A stretch of DNA of 56,227 bases from an uncultured bacterium (lineage in GTDB: Bacteria > Bacillota_I > Bacilli_A > RFN20 > CAG-826). Below, piece by piece: positions 30,750 through 41,004 of the stretch. The stretch spans positions 1 to 56,227 of the forward strand of contig CASFRI010000033.1 of the NCBI GenBank assembly GCA_949297055.1, written 5' to 3'. Every line of letters starts with the position of its first letter. Position 1 is the stretch's first letter. The notes under the pieces are model-generated. The model saw only the letters and a program-made list of their open reading frames with translations, was not told the origin of the DNA and made no database searches. The translations under genes were made by a program, and so were the position numbers.

Positions 30750-32105
30750 TTAATGACCAAGGTGCTTTTTAATCTCATCTATCGCTTGTTTTACTGTCGC
30801 ATCATGACGATATTTTTGATCAATTTTTTCCACAGCGGACATCACAGTTGTGTGGTGAGCCCCGCTAAAAATCGTGCCAATTTTAATAAATGGAGTGTCT
30901 AAAATCTCTCTAATTAAATACATTGCAACATGTCTTGCCCAAGAAATTTGAGAAATACGAATTTTTCCAGTTAATTGTGAAGGAGTTAAACGATAATAAT
31001 CCGCGACTTCATTAATAATGGTGGCTTCTGTAATTGTATCACCTTTAGAAGAAGGCCTATTTGCCCCACCTAAAGAATCTAAAGCATCATCAAAAGTAAC
31101 ATGTTGCGATTTTTTAATATTCACACTGTAATAAAGTAAGGAATTAAGTGCCCCTTCAAGTTCACGCACATTAGAAGAATATTGACTTGCTAAATATTGC
31201 AAAGCATCATCATCAAAATTAGAGGTGTCTAAACCAGAAGCAGATATTTTGCTTTTTAAAATAGATACGCATGTTTCAATATTTGGTTTAGTAATGTTAA
31301 CAGTTAAACCAGAAGAAAAACGTGACACGAGACGATCAGGAAGACCTTTTAATTCGCTTGGATAACGATCGCTTGTAATGACGATTTGTTTATTGTTGTT
31401 ATAAAGGGTGTTATAGCAAGAAAAAAACATCTCTTGTGTTTGTTGCTTATTAGCGAGAAATTGCACATCATCTATGAGCAATAAATCCGCAGAATTGATA
31501 TATCCTTTAATATTAGAATCGTCTGATTCTCCCCGCACGGCACGGACAAATTCATCTACGAACACATCCGCGGGTATATATAGAACCTTACGATTTGGGT
31601 TGTTCTTTTTATAGTAATTTCCTATCGCGTGAAGTAGGTGAGTTTTGCCTAATCCAGAATCTGAATAAATAAATAAAGGGTTATACATTTTTCCTGAATT
31701 AGACGCGACTATTAAAGCCGCTTGTTGAGCTTCTTTATTAGATGGCCCAACAATAAAATTATCGAAAGTACAATTAGGATTAACTCTTACCCCTGAGAAA
31801 AAAGGTTGTTTATTTTCTTCTACTTTTTTTGCCTTCGCGTTCACTTCTGATTCTAGGATATATTCGATTTCATATTGAGTTTGAGTTTCTTCAAGTAAAA
31901 TTGATTGAACAAAATCTAAATAATTTGTAGAGAGAAGTTGCTTGGCTAAGTTGGATGTCGCTACCACATATAACTTATTATTTTCTAATTTATGCACGTA
32001 CGTAGGAGCGAAGAAAGAACTATAAATGTTAAAATCCACACCATCTTTTACCCTTGCTAAGACACGGTCCCAGATCTGTGTGATTTCTGATATTGTTTTA
32101 TCCAT
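30750..32105 (-). CDS. dnaA: Chromosomal replication initiator DnaA
   Basis: AAA+ GLGKTHLLHA and the C-terminal box-binding domain. The true start is MDKTISE after AAAGGAGA; the track ORF runs on into the DnaA-box array. Confidence 0.95.
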   Translation of the reverse strand: MDKTISEITQIWDRVLARVKDGVDFNIYSSFFAPTYVHKLENNKLYVVATSNLAKQLLSTNYLDFVQSILLEETQTQYEIEYILESEVNAKAKKVEENKQPFFSGVRVNPNCTFDNFIVGPSNKEAQQAALIVASNSGKMYNPLFIYSDSGLGKTHLLHAIGNYYKKNNPNRKVLYIPADVFVDEFVRAVRGESDDSNIKGYINSADLLLIDDVQFLANKQQTQEMFFSCYNTLYNNNKQIVITSDRYPSELKGLPDRLVSRFSSGLTVNITKPNIETCVSILKSKISASGLDTSNFDDDALQYLASQYSSNVRELEGALNSLLYYSVNIKKSQHVTFDDALDSLGGANRPSSKGDTITEATIINEVADYYRLTPSQLTGKIRISQISWARHVAMYLIREILDTPFIKIGTIFSGAHHTTVMSAVEKIDQKYRHDATVKQAIDEIKKHLGH

Positions 32106-32140
32106 GAGATGATCTCCTTTTTGTCTTAACAAAAGAATAG

Positions 32141-32418
32141 CAATTTCCACAATAAAATTAAACAAAAATAAATTAATTTTTATTTTATCCACAAAATTAA
32201 CTTTAAAAAGCCTAGTGTGGATGCGATTTTCCCACAATCCACAACTTTTCATTGTGGATAAAATTGTGGAAAACTTTGTTGTGGATAAATTGTTGTGGAT
32301 TTTGTGGATTGTTTTCCACAATCAAAAATTTTCTTATAAACCGAAAAATTAGTCCTATTCAAAGAATACGAAAATAATTCACAGAGTTTTACACAGTATT
32401 TCACAATCTTGTGGATAA
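32141..32418. other. oriC part 1: DnaA-box array upstream of dnaA
   Basis: Perfect TTATCCACA at 32185..32193. Perfect TGTGGATAA at 32253..32261, 32280..32288 and 32410..32418. One- and two-mismatch boxes at 32265, 32294, 32303, 32312, 32216, 32235 and 32143. Confidence 0.9.
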
Positions 32419-32485
32419 AAAAATTTACCTTGTTTTTAATGGTGGGGGAGGGTCTTATTTAATTAATATCAGCTAATATATTTAT

Positions 32486-32513
32486 TTGACTTTAATTATT
32501 ATTAACTTATATA
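32486..32513 (+). promoter_or_regulatory. Putative rpmH promoter
   Basis: TTGACT (32486..32491), a 16-nt spacer, and TATAAT (32508..32513). Confidence 0.65.
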
Positions 32514-32550
32514 ATCTATATCGCATATTGCACGGAGGACCTGTTAGATT

Positions 32551-32685
32551 ATGAAAAGAACATATCAACCAAGTAAAAGACAACATAAAAACGTAAGTGG
32601 CTTTAGAGCACGTATGGCTACTCCAAACGGTCGTGCGACCTTAGCGAGACGTCGTCAAAAAGGACGCAAAGTTATAAGCGCCTAA
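32551..32685 (+). CDS. rpmH: 50S ribosomal protein L34
   Basis: [44 protein letters not shown], with a GGAGGA RBS. Below the ORF-track length cutoff. Confidence 0.95.
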   Translation: MKRTYQPSKRQHKNVSGFRARMATPNGRATLARRRQKGRKVISA

Positions 32686-32693
32686 AATTTGAT

Positions 32694-33029
32694 ATGAAGG
32701 CTCTTTATCGTATCAAAGATACGAAAGAATTTAAACAAATCGTTTCAAAAAGAAACAAATTAACATCAAGTAGCTTTATCGTTTATTACCAAAATAAAGC
32801 AAAAGACTTTGCAAGAATTGGTATCGCTACTTCGAAGAAACTAGGTAAAGCTCACATTCGCAACCACATAAGAAGACAAGTAAGAATGATGGCTAAATCA
32901 TTAATTGAAGCAAAACTTAATTTTGATTTAGTGATTGTCATCAAACCTAATTACTTAATTAACAACTACCACACGAATGAATTAGAGTTGTTAAACCTAG
33001 TGCTCAATTCCCTTGGAGGCAAACAATGA
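32694..33029 (+). CDS. rnpA: RNase P protein component
   Basis: Position after rpmH and a basic 111-aa RnpA-like sequence. Confidence 0.9.
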   Translation: MKALYRIKDTKEFKQIVSKRNKLTSSSFIVYYQNKAKDFARIGIATSKKLGKAHIRNHIRRQVRMMAKSLIEAKLNFDLVIVIKPNYLINNYHTNELELLNLVLNSLGGKQ

Positions 33030-34525
33030 ATAAAAAGCTTAAAAGAGTTCTATACGGTGTTGGGGCACTTTTTGGTGTGTTATTAGTGACAGGCTGTACA
33101 GCCTCTTTTTGCTCACCTAAAGATACCGCTTCTATCATGTTTGCTTACGATCAAGGCGTCGTCCGTTACGTCGAAGAAGGAACAGAAGGGGCGATTCAAC
33201 ACGAAGCATATCCAAATCTTTATTACACTACAAGCGTGGAATATAGCCCAACTTTAATGTCGGTTTATACCCAAGCTCAAAATGATAGCATCGTTCAACC
33301 AGTTCTAGATTTCTTTGTTCAAATTGATTTACTTGCTTTAGATGCAATGATTGAACAATATAATAAAGACTTCGTGGAACCTATCACAAATGAACAAGTT
33401 AATTATTCTTTTGTGAATGACGAACTAATTTATAAATTAAAAGATGATGGCGTTACTCGTTACGTTCATTATGGTTACATTAAATTCTTAGGTGAAAATG
33501 ACGAACTTTGGGCCAATTGGGATAAGTGGAGTGCATCTCTTGCAGTCGAACTTGGACCAGAAAATGTTCCTAATATGGATTTTACAAATCTATATAAACG
33601 AACGATGAATAATTATGTCGCTACGACGAGATCTTGTATTTCTATTAATGGCGGTTCTTATGGTTCTTATGGCCCGCAAGGTTCACAAATTGAAGTTGGT
33701 ATTGAAAAGAAAGATTGGGGATATGCTTGGAAAACCGGTCCAATTGAAGGTTTACTTGTTTATCCAGTAGCTTGGTTAGTGGACTTCTTTGCAACTTCTT
33801 TTGGTGCAGGTGGTTGGGGTCAAATCGGAGCGATTTTATTAGTGACTTTAATCATTAGAGGTTTACTCTTACTTTTCACATTTAAATCCACATCTTCACA
33901 AGCAAAGATGCAAGCTATTCAACCAGAACTTGCTAAGATTCAGGCAAAATATCCTAATTCCAAAACTAATCAATATGAAAAGCAACGTCTTGCTCAAGAG
34001 CAAATGGCGCTTTATAAGAAACATAAGATTTCGATGGTTGCACCATTTATAACAATGATTATTCAATTCCCAATCTTCATCGCTGTTTGGGGTGCAATGC
34101 AAGGTGCCGCTATTTTAAGTAGTGATGCAATTTTTGGCCTTAAGTTGTCTGATTCAATTGGTTCAACTTTAATTCAATTTAACGATTGGCATGCTTGGGG
34201 CACGGCTTTCGTCTTAATTATCTTGATGATTGTTGCTCAAATTGTGGCCACTAAACTTCCACAATGGATGCAAAAAAAGAAAATTAAGAAGTTAGCAAGG
34301 CTTGGTAAAAATCCTGCTCAAGCTGCACAAAATAAACAAATGAAATGGATTTCTAACATTATGTTAGTGGTCATCATCTTCATGGGCTTCACTCTTCCTG
34401 CTGCTATGGGTGTCTATTGGTTCGCTGGCGCGCTTATTATGATTGCTCAAACACTTATTATGGACGCTATTATGAAGCATAAAGAAAAGAAGCAAAAAGA
34501 AGCGAAGAAAGGAAAGAAATATTAA
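33026..34525 (+). CDS. yidC: Membrane insertase YidC, lipoprotein form with a large N-terminal extracytoplasmic domain
   Basis: Lipobox LLVTGC, a conserved YidC TM core (PELAKIQAKY...QEQMALYKKHKI), and a basic tail. Confidence 0.9.
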   Translation: MNKKLKRVLYGVGALFGVLLVTGCTASFCSPKDTASIMFAYDQGVVRYVEEGTEGAIQHEAYPNLYYTTSVEYSPTLMSVYTQAQNDSIVQPVLDFFVQIDLLALDAMIEQYNKDFVEPITNEQVNYSFVNDELIYKLKDDGVTRYVHYGYIKFLGENDELWANWDKWSASLAVELGPENVPNMDFTNLYKRTMNNYVATTRSCISINGGSYGSYGPQGSQIEVGIEKKDWGYAWKTGPIEGLLVYPVAWLVDFFATSFGAGGWGQIGAILLVTLIIRGLLLLFTFKSTSSQAKMQAIQPELAKIQAKYPNSKTNQYEKQRLAQEQMALYKKHKISMVAPFITMIIQFPIFIAVWGAMQGAAILSSDAIFGLKLSDSIGSTLIQFNDWHAWGTAFVLIILMIVAQIVATKLPQWMQKKKIKKLARLGKNPAQAAQNKQMKWISNIMLVVIIFMGFTLPAAMGVYWFAGALIMIAQTLIMDAIMKHKEKKQKEAKKGKKY

Positions 34526-34527
34526 TT

Positions 34528-35136
34528 ATGAAAACATACACCGGTAAAACTTTAGAAGAGGTTTTAGATAAAGTAAGTGAAGAAACCGGCATCACTAAAG
34601 ATGAATTAATTTATATCGTCACCGAAGAGAAAAAATCTTTATTTAAAAAAAGTATAAGCGTTGATGTTTACGATTTAAGTGAAGTCTTAGATTATGCGAG
34701 TGAATATGTTGTTAATATCTTAAATGAAATTGGTATAAAGGCTAAGACGAATGTCGCGATTAAAGATAACGATATTATCCGCATCACTATCAATAGTGAT
34801 CACAATCCATTAATCATCGGTCAAAAAGGTATTACCTTACAAGCATTAAACGAATTAGTGAAGGCGGCAGTGAATGCAAAGTTTGCAAGAAGATTCCGTA
34901 TTTTACTTGATGTTGAAAATTATAAAGAAAGAAAATATCGTCAAGATATCTTCGTTGCAAAAAGAGAAGCTAAGAAAGCTATCACTAGACAAATGTCTAT
35001 CGCTCTTGATCCAATGCCAGCGGACGAAAGAAAACAAATTCATAACGCTTTAGCGAAAATGAAACATATTTCTACCGAATCAGAAGGTGATGGTCCAAAC
35101 AGGCACATCGTCATTCGTTATAAGGATGAAGATTAA
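34528..35136 (+). CDS. jag: Jag/KhpB RNA-binding protein (KH and R3H domains)
   Basis: Synteny after yidC, and a C-terminal R3H-like PMPADERKQIHNAL. Confidence 0.85.
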   Translation: MKTYTGKTLEEVLDKVSEETGITKDELIYIVTEEKKSLFKKSISVDVYDLSEVLDYASEYVVNILNEIGIKAKTNVAIKDNDIIRITINSDHNPLIIGQKGITLQALNELVKAAVNAKFARRFRILLDVENYKERKYRQDIFVAKREAKKAITRQMSIALDPMPADERKQIHNALAKMKHISTESEGDGPNRHIVIRYKDED

Positions 35137-35159
35137 TAATTAAATTATTAGAAACAATA

Positions 35160-35190
35160 AAACTCTTAGCCAAACGCTAGGAGTTTTTTG
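35160..35190 (+). terminator. Terminator after jag
   Basis: Stem ACTCTTAGC / GCTAGGAGT, then T6. A TATAAT for mnmE follows at 35191..35196. Confidence 0.7.
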
Positions 35191-35203
35191 TATAATTACT
35201 TAC

Positions 35204-36517
35204 GTGCAAGATACAATTATTGCTTTAGCGACGCCTCCGTTTAAATCAGCCTTGGCCATCGTACGCGCAAGTGGCGAAGATGCTTTAATATTACTTAGTG
35301 AAGTATTTTCTACTCCAATTGATTTATCAAAAGATAAAAACGTGTATTATGGTTATATTAAAGATGAAGGAAAAATTATCGACCAAGTAGTGGTCATAGT
35401 TTATACTTCCCCACACGGTTATACAGGTGAGAACGCTTTTGAAATTATAAGTCACGGAAGTACGCTTATCACTAATAATATTATTTCTTTATTTATTAAG
35501 CATGGTGCAAGACTTGCTTTACCTGGTGAATTTAGTGAACGTGCTTACTTAAATAACAAGATGGATTTAATGCAAGTAGAAGCAGTAAATGACCTCATTT
35601 CAGCCCATACAGAAGAAGCAAGAAATCTCGCTATTTTAGGTTTAAAAGGCGATGATTCTAAACTTGTGAAACCATTAAGAGAAAAAATTGCTGATTTACT
35701 CGCTTTAATTGAAGTTAATATTGATTATCCAGAATATGAAGATATTGAAATCGCCAATACAAAAAAGATCGTTGACTCCGCTAAAAAAATTAAAGTAATG
35801 ATTAAAAATTTAATTCAAGATGGCTTAAAAGCTAAAGTGATAAAAGACGGTGTTAAGGTTATGTTGGTTGGTCACACAAACGTTGGTAAGTCTTCTTTAT
35901 TAAATGCTCTTTTAGGGGAAGAAAAAGCTATCGTCACCAATATTGAAGGAACGACGAGAGATATTGTGGATGGAGAAGTAAATCATAAAGGTATAACTTT
36001 TCATTTTTATGACACAGCCGGTCTACATAATGATGCGTCTTTCATCGAAAATATTGGTATAAAAAAAGCAAGAGTTTTGATGAAAGAGATGGATTATATA
36101 ATTTATGTCAGCGATAGTAATAACTTTGAACCGCTAAGATTTAAAGTTAATAATAACAAAGTTATTAAAGTAGTGAATAAATCTGAAAAAATTAAAATTA
36201 AAATTAAAGATTATGTTTACGTATCTGCAAAAAGAAAAGAAGTCGCGCCTATATTTGATATATTATTAAAGAAATTAAATTTAAAAGAAGAAAATTTCCA
36301 TTCACCTTCGATTAATAACTCAAGAGCAATTGGATTATTATCTCAAATTGATAAAGATATGGATAAAGTTATTAAAGACACGACTTTAGGGTTACCTATC
36401 GATATCGTTAGCGTCTCCCTTCAAGACGCTTATGCGCATTGCTTAGCGATTTTAGGTGAAGATCACGATCAAGATTTCGAAGAAGAAATATTTTCTAGAT
36501 TTTGTGTAGGTAAATAA
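35204..36517 (+). CDS. mnmE: tRNA modification GTPase MnmE
   Basis: GHTNVGKSSLLNAL G-domain and the C-terminal CVGK motif. GTG start. Confidence 0.9.
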   Translation: MQDTIIALATPPFKSALAIVRASGEDALILLSEVFSTPIDLSKDKNVYYGYIKDEGKIIDQVVVIVYTSPHGYTGENAFEIISHGSTLITNNIISLFIKHGARLALPGEFSERAYLNNKMDLMQVEAVNDLISAHTEEARNLAILGLKGDDSKLVKPLREKIADLLALIEVNIDYPEYEDIEIANTKKIVDSAKKIKVMIKNLIQDGLKAKVIKDGVKVMLVGHTNVGKSSLLNALLGEEKAIVTNIEGTTRDIVDGEVNHKGITFHFYDTAGLHNDASFIENIGIKKARVLMKEMDYIIYVSDSNNFEPLRFKVNNNKVIKVVNKSEKIKIKIKDYVYVSAKRKEVAPIFDILLKKLNLKEENFHSPSINNSRAIGLLSQIDKDMDKVIKDTTLGLPIDIVSVSLQDAYAHCLAILGEDHDQDFEEEIFSRFCVGK

Positions 36518-36519
36518 TT

Positions 36520-37299
36520 ATGTTAGTGATTGATTCACATTGTCATTTAAATGACGATAGTCTCTATTTAAAAAGAAAAGAACTTGTAGAAGAAGCTTAT
36601 AAAGAAGACGTCAAAATTATTATTTGCCCAAGCGATACTTATAAATCATCTTTACGTGCGCTTTTAATCGCAGGTGAATTTGAAAACGTTTATTACGCAG
36701 TTGGAATTCACCCTAGCGAAGTAAAAAACACAACTGAAGAAGAATATAACGATGTCAAAAAAATAAAAAGCAAAAAACTTGTGGCTATTGGAGAAATTGG
36801 CTTAGATTTTTATTGGGAAAAAAATGAAGCACAAAGAAAGTTACAAATAGAAGCTTTTAAAGATCAAATAAGACACGCGAACAATTTAAAACTACCGGTC
36901 ATCATTCATTCAAGAGATGCAATTAATGAAACTTTAAAGGTTTTAAAAGAAGTCACGCCATTGTATGGGGGAGTAATGCATTGTTATAGTGGTCCAAAAG
37001 AAATGGTTAAAGATTTTATCGATTTAGGCTTATATATTTCTTTTGGTGGACCCTTAACTTTTACGAACGCAAAAACGCCTAAAGAAGCATGTCTCGCCAC
37101 GCCTTTAGATAGGTTACTTATCGAAACCGATTCGCCTTATTTATCACCCCATCCATTTAGAGGAAAAGAAAACTCTCCTAAGCAAGTAAGGCTCGTGTTA
37201 AAAGCCCTTGCGGATATCAAAGATATAAGTGAAGAAGAAGCCGCTAGAATCACTAGTGAAAATACGGCTAAATTGTTTCACGTGAAAACAAATTTATGA
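36520..37299 (+). CDS. tatD: TatD-family metal-dependent hydrolase
   Basis: IDSHCHLND motif and overall length. Confidence 0.85.
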   Translation: MLVIDSHCHLNDDSLYLKRKELVEEAYKEDVKIIICPSDTYKSSLRALLIAGEFENVYYAVGIHPSEVKNTTEEEYNDVKKIKSKKLVAIGEIGLDFYWEKNEAQRKLQIEAFKDQIRHANNLKLPVIIHSRDAINETLKVLKEVTPLYGGVMHCYSGPKEMVKDFIDLGLYISFGGPLTFTNAKTPKEACLATPLDRLLIETDSPYLSPHPFRGKENSPKQVRLVLKALADIKDISEEEAARITSENTAKLFHVKTNL

Positions 37300-37838
37300 A
37301 AGAGTCAAATATCGTTTTAGTGGTCGAAGGCCGACAAGATGAACAGTTTATACGTTCTTTCCTTGATGTTGAGTGCGTCATAACGAACGGAACAGCAGTT
37401 CCACGTGAAACAATTGACTACCTTAAAAGTATCCAAGATAAGAAAACGATTGTCGTCTTAACAGATCCAGATTATCCAGGATCAAAAATTCGTCAAGAAA
37501 TTGCTAAATTCGTGGATAAATTTGTCAATGTTTATATCGATAAGAAAGATGCGATGAAAAAAGGTAAGGTTGGAGTAGCGGAATCATCAAAAGAAGCGAT
37601 TTTAGAGGCATTAAGATATTATTCTAATCCGTTTTTGCGGGAAAAGGGCGAAATTGATTTATCGACATTTATCGCATTAAAATTAACAGGTGGACCTGAT
37701 TCTAAGAAAAGAAGAGAATTTATCTCCAAATATTTTCATTTAGGCTATAACAACGCGAAGTCGTTAATGTTTAAACTAAACGCGAATAATATTTCTAAAA
37801 ATGAGTTGTTAGAAGCATTGAAAGGTTATAAAAATTGA
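37296..37838 (+). CDS. rnmV: Ribonuclease M5 (Toprim)
   Basis: VVEGRQDEQFI and LTDPDYPG Toprim motifs. ATGA overlap with tatD. Confidence 0.85.
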   Translation: MKESNIVLVVEGRQDEQFIRSFLDVECVITNGTAVPRETIDYLKSIQDKKTIVVLTDPDYPGSKIRQEIAKFVDKFVNVYIDKKDAMKKGKVGVAESSKEAILEALRYYSNPFLREKGEIDLSTFIALKLTGGPDSKKRREFISKYFHLGYNNAKSLMFKLNANNISKNELLEALKGYKN

Positions 37839-37841
37839 TAG

Positions 37842-38642
37842 ATGAAAAACGTTAAAGAATATATTGAACAAGCTTTAAATATTTTACCTAAACCTCATAA
37901 ATCATTAGGCCAAAATTTTTTGTTCGATGAAAGTTCGTTAACTTTTTTAAGTCAAATTGATAATGTCCCCACTCTAGAAATTGGAGGTGGGTTAGGTAAT
38001 CTTTCTTTTTTCTTGAAAGCGAAGACTAATAATTTAACTGTTATTGAACTTGATAAAGTCTTAGCGAAATTTTTAAACGAACAATTTTTAGATGATGAAG
38101 AAGTGAAAATCGTTAATGAAGATATTTTAAAATTTGATCTTTCTTCATTTAATCAAATTGTTGGTTCACTTCCTTATTACATCACAAGTGATATCATCGC
38201 TAAACTATTAACTGAAAGTCGCGCCTCACGTATCAACATCATGATTCAAGTTGATGCTTACGAAAGAATATTCGCTAAATTTCCTAGTCAAGATTTTAAT
38301 CCTTTAGCGGTGTTACTTTCTTTTCTTATCAGCAAAAAAGAAGTTAAAAAAGTTAATAGAAGATATTTTATTCCTCAACCTCGCGTCGATTCTATTATTA
38401 TCAACATGGAACTCGATTATTCAAAACTTAGCGACGTTAACGTTAAAGAATTTTATTTATTTGTTAAAAAATGTTTTATGAATCCACGTAAAACAATCTT
38501 AAATAACTTATCATTTCTAAACTCATTTAGTAAAAGCGATTTAGAAAAGATATTAAATAGTTTAGATATTAATCCATTATTACGTCCAGCCGCTATTGAG
38601 TCGAACGAGTATTTATTACTTTACAAGGCTTTAATCAATTAA
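37842..38642 (+). CDS. rsmA: 16S rRNA dimethyladenosine transferase
   Basis: LGQNFLFDES and EIGGGLGNLS SAM-binding motifs. Confidence 0.9.
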   Translation: MKNVKEYIEQALNILPKPHKSLGQNFLFDESSLTFLSQIDNVPTLEIGGGLGNLSFFLKAKTNNLTVIELDKVLAKFLNEQFLDDEEVKIVNEDILKFDLSSFNQIVGSLPYYITSDIIAKLLTESRASRINIMIQVDAYERIFAKFPSQDFNPLAVLLSFLISKKEVKKVNRRYFIPQPRVDSIIINMELDYSKLSDVNVKEFYLFVKKCFMNPRKTILNNLSFLNSFSKSDLEKILNSLDINPLLRPAAIESNEYLLLYKALIN

Positions 38643-38706
38643 ATCTATATAACAATGAAAATTTGTTTTAATATATTCTTGTCAAAATTGAAGGAAATGA
38701 TAAATT

Positions 38707-39573
38707 ATGTACGTTAAAGCGAATGCAAAAATTAATCTAGGGTTCAACGTCTTGGGTAGAAGAGAAGATGGTTATCATCTAATTGATTCTATCTATCTAC
38801 CTTTAACCTTACATGACACGATTGAAATAACATTAATTCCAAACGGAAATGACACTTACGTTACTTGTGATAGCTTCGTTTCTATTCCTTCAAAATATAA
38901 TCTCGCTCATATCGCTATTAGTAAGGCGCGTGATATTTTTCATTTTAAAGAACAATTTCGTATCAATATTCATAAATCTATCCCTATGGGCGCGGGCCTA
39001 GGTGGTGGTTCAAGCGATGCGGCCGCATGCTTAGAGGCTATTTTTAAAATGTTAGAAATTACCCCCACGAAAGAACAATTAAAAAATCTTGCTTTATCTA
39101 TCGGGGTGGACGTCGTCTATTTCTTAATGCTTGGCTTACCTGCAAGAGTGGATGGTGTAGGGGAACATTTAAAACCGATTAAAATTAAAAAAGATTATTA
39201 TTGCTTACTTGTTAAACCACACGAACCATTGTCGACGAAAGATGTATATGATAAAAGCGATACATACGATAAGTTACCTGTTGCAAATTTAGATTTAGTA
39301 GCGAAAGGTTTAGAAGAAGGCGATGACGATTTGATCGCTAATAACTTATCTAACGCTTTATATGTTCCGGCGAAAGATATGCTTCCTAAATTAACAAAGA
39401 TTGAACAAGAACTAAAAGATTATGGTTTTAAAATTGTTTCAATGACAGGTTCTGGAAGTTCAATGTTCGCTTTAACCGATAATAAAAAATTAGTGAAAAA
39501 AGCTGAAAATTATTTTGATAAATTAGGTTACGAAGTAGAAAAATGTAAAATTTATCGTCCAGAAAGTAAATAA
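38707..39573 (+). CDS. ispE: 4-diphosphocytidyl-2-C-methyl-D-erythritol kinase
   Basis: KINLGFNVLGRREDGYH and the GHMP motif PMGAGLGGGSSDAAA. Confidence 0.85.
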   Translation: MYVKANAKINLGFNVLGRREDGYHLIDSIYLPLTLHDTIEITLIPNGNDTYVTCDSFVSIPSKYNLAHIAISKARDIFHFKEQFRINIHKSIPMGAGLGGGSSDAAACLEAIFKMLEITPTKEQLKNLALSIGVDVVYFLMLGLPARVDGVGEHLKPIKIKKDYYCLLVKPHEPLSTKDVYDKSDTYDKLPVANLDLVAKGLEEGDDDLIANNLSNALYVPAKDMLPKLTKIEQELKDYGFKIVSMTGSGSSMFALTDNKKLVKKAENYFDKLGYEVEKCKIYRPESK

Positions 39574-39603
39574 TTAACACGAAATAAATAGGGAGAAAAA
39601 TAT

Positions 39604-41001
39604 ATGAAACTTAACACTGTTATTTTAGCAGCTGGCAAAGGAACAAGAATGCGTTCCTTAGACGAAAATAAATCAAAATGTTCTTTTGAAATATTTCATA
39701 AACCATTAATTCTTTACGTGTTAGATGCTGTTAATGAATTAAAACCTGACCGTAATGTTGTTGTTGTTGGTAGGGGCGCAGAAGAATTAACAAAGATCGT
39801 TTATGGTAGAGCTTTAACAGTCGAACAAAAACATCAGCTTGGAACAGCGGATGCTTTAAAAACTGGCATGTCTAAGCTTGATAAAGAAGAAGGCACAACA
39901 GTAGTGTTAAATGGTGATTCACCTTTGATTCGCGGGGAAACTTTACAAAAAGCTTACGCATTTCATAAGGAAAATAATGCAAAATTAACTATCATCACTG
40001 CGACATTAAACGAAAAGAATTCATATGGAAGAATAAAAAGATTTCCTAATGGCCAAGTCGAAAAAATTATAGAAACAAAAGATTTAAAAGAAGACGAATT
40101 AAATTTAAACGAAATTAATTCCGGCATTTATTTCATCGATAATGAAGTTTTATATAAAGAAATCGATTTAATCGAACCTAAAAACGCTCAACACGAATAT
40201 TATTTAACTGATATTGTCGGTTTAGCAATTAAAGATGGTTATAAAGTATGTGCTTACACTATTGATGATGCAAAAGAAATTGGTGGCGTTAACGACCGTG
40301 TCGATTTACTTAAGGCGTTTGAATATTTAAAAATTAGAATTAACACTAATCATTTATTAAATGGTGTAACAATTTTTGATATTAATAATACTTACATCGG
40401 ACCAGATGTTAAATTATCTAATGATGTAGAAATTTATCCAAATACTTGGATACTTGGTCAGTCCACCATTTTACCTAATAACGTTATTGGCCCTAATTCT
40501 TATTTAGAAAATGTTAAAATTGGTGAATCTAATCGCATTCTTTCTTGCCATATCGTCGATACGAAGATTGGTTATCATAATGAACTAGGCCCATACGTAA
40601 GAATGCGTGGCGGATGCGTTATTGGTGATCATTGCCGCGTAGGTAATTTTGTCGAACTTAAAAACGTTCATTTAGAAGACGGTGTTAAATGTGCGCATCT
40701 AACTTATTTAGGCGACGCTAAACTTGGTGAAAATACGAATGTTGGATGTGGCGTTATAACCGCGAATTATGATGGAGCGAATAAATTCCACACTATTATT
40801 GGGAAAAATGTTTTCTTAGGCTCTAATGCGACATTAATCGCTCCTATTGAAGTGCATGATGATTCTTTTGTGGCGGCTGGTTCAACTATTACAAGCGAAG
40901 TTCTTTCTAACGACTTAGCGATTGCTAGAGCAAGACAAGTTAATAAAAAAGGCTACGCGAAAGTGTTAAGAGATAAAGCCATAGAAAAGAAAAATTCTTA
41001 A
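39604..41001 (+). CDS. glmU: Bifunctional GlcNAc-1-P uridyltransferase and GlcN-1-P acetyltransferase
   Basis: ILAAGKGTRM motif and a C-terminal hexapeptide-repeat region. Confidence 0.9.
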   Translation: MKLNTVILAAGKGTRMRSLDENKSKCSFEIFHKPLILYVLDAVNELKPDRNVVVVGRGAEELTKIVYGRALTVEQKHQLGTADALKTGMSKLDKEEGTTVVLNGDSPLIRGETLQKAYAFHKENNAKLTIITATLNEKNSYGRIKRFPNGQVEKIIETKDLKEDELNLNEINSGIYFIDNEVLYKEIDLIEPKNAQHEYYLTDIVGLAIKDGYKVCAYTIDDAKEIGGVNDRVDLLKAFEYLKIRINTNHLLNGVTIFDINNTYIGPDVKLSNDVEIYPNTWILGQSTILPNNVIGPNSYLENVKIGESNRILSCHIVDTKIGYHNELGPYVRMRGGCVIGDHCRVGNFVELKNVHLEDGVKCAHLTYLGDAKLGENTNVGCGVITANYDGANKFHTIIGKNVFLGSNATLIAPIEVHDDSFVAAGSTITSEVLSNDLAIARARQVNKKGYAKVLRDKAIEKKNS

Positions 41002-41004
41002 TCT

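Noticed and set aside
32106-32321. The 72-codon N-terminal extension of the dnaA ORF in the track (523 aa).
   Set aside because: The extension is made of DnaA boxes (the translation is full of CGLWEN/HKIHN-type junk). A proper AAAGGAGA RBS precedes the MDKTISE start at 32105.
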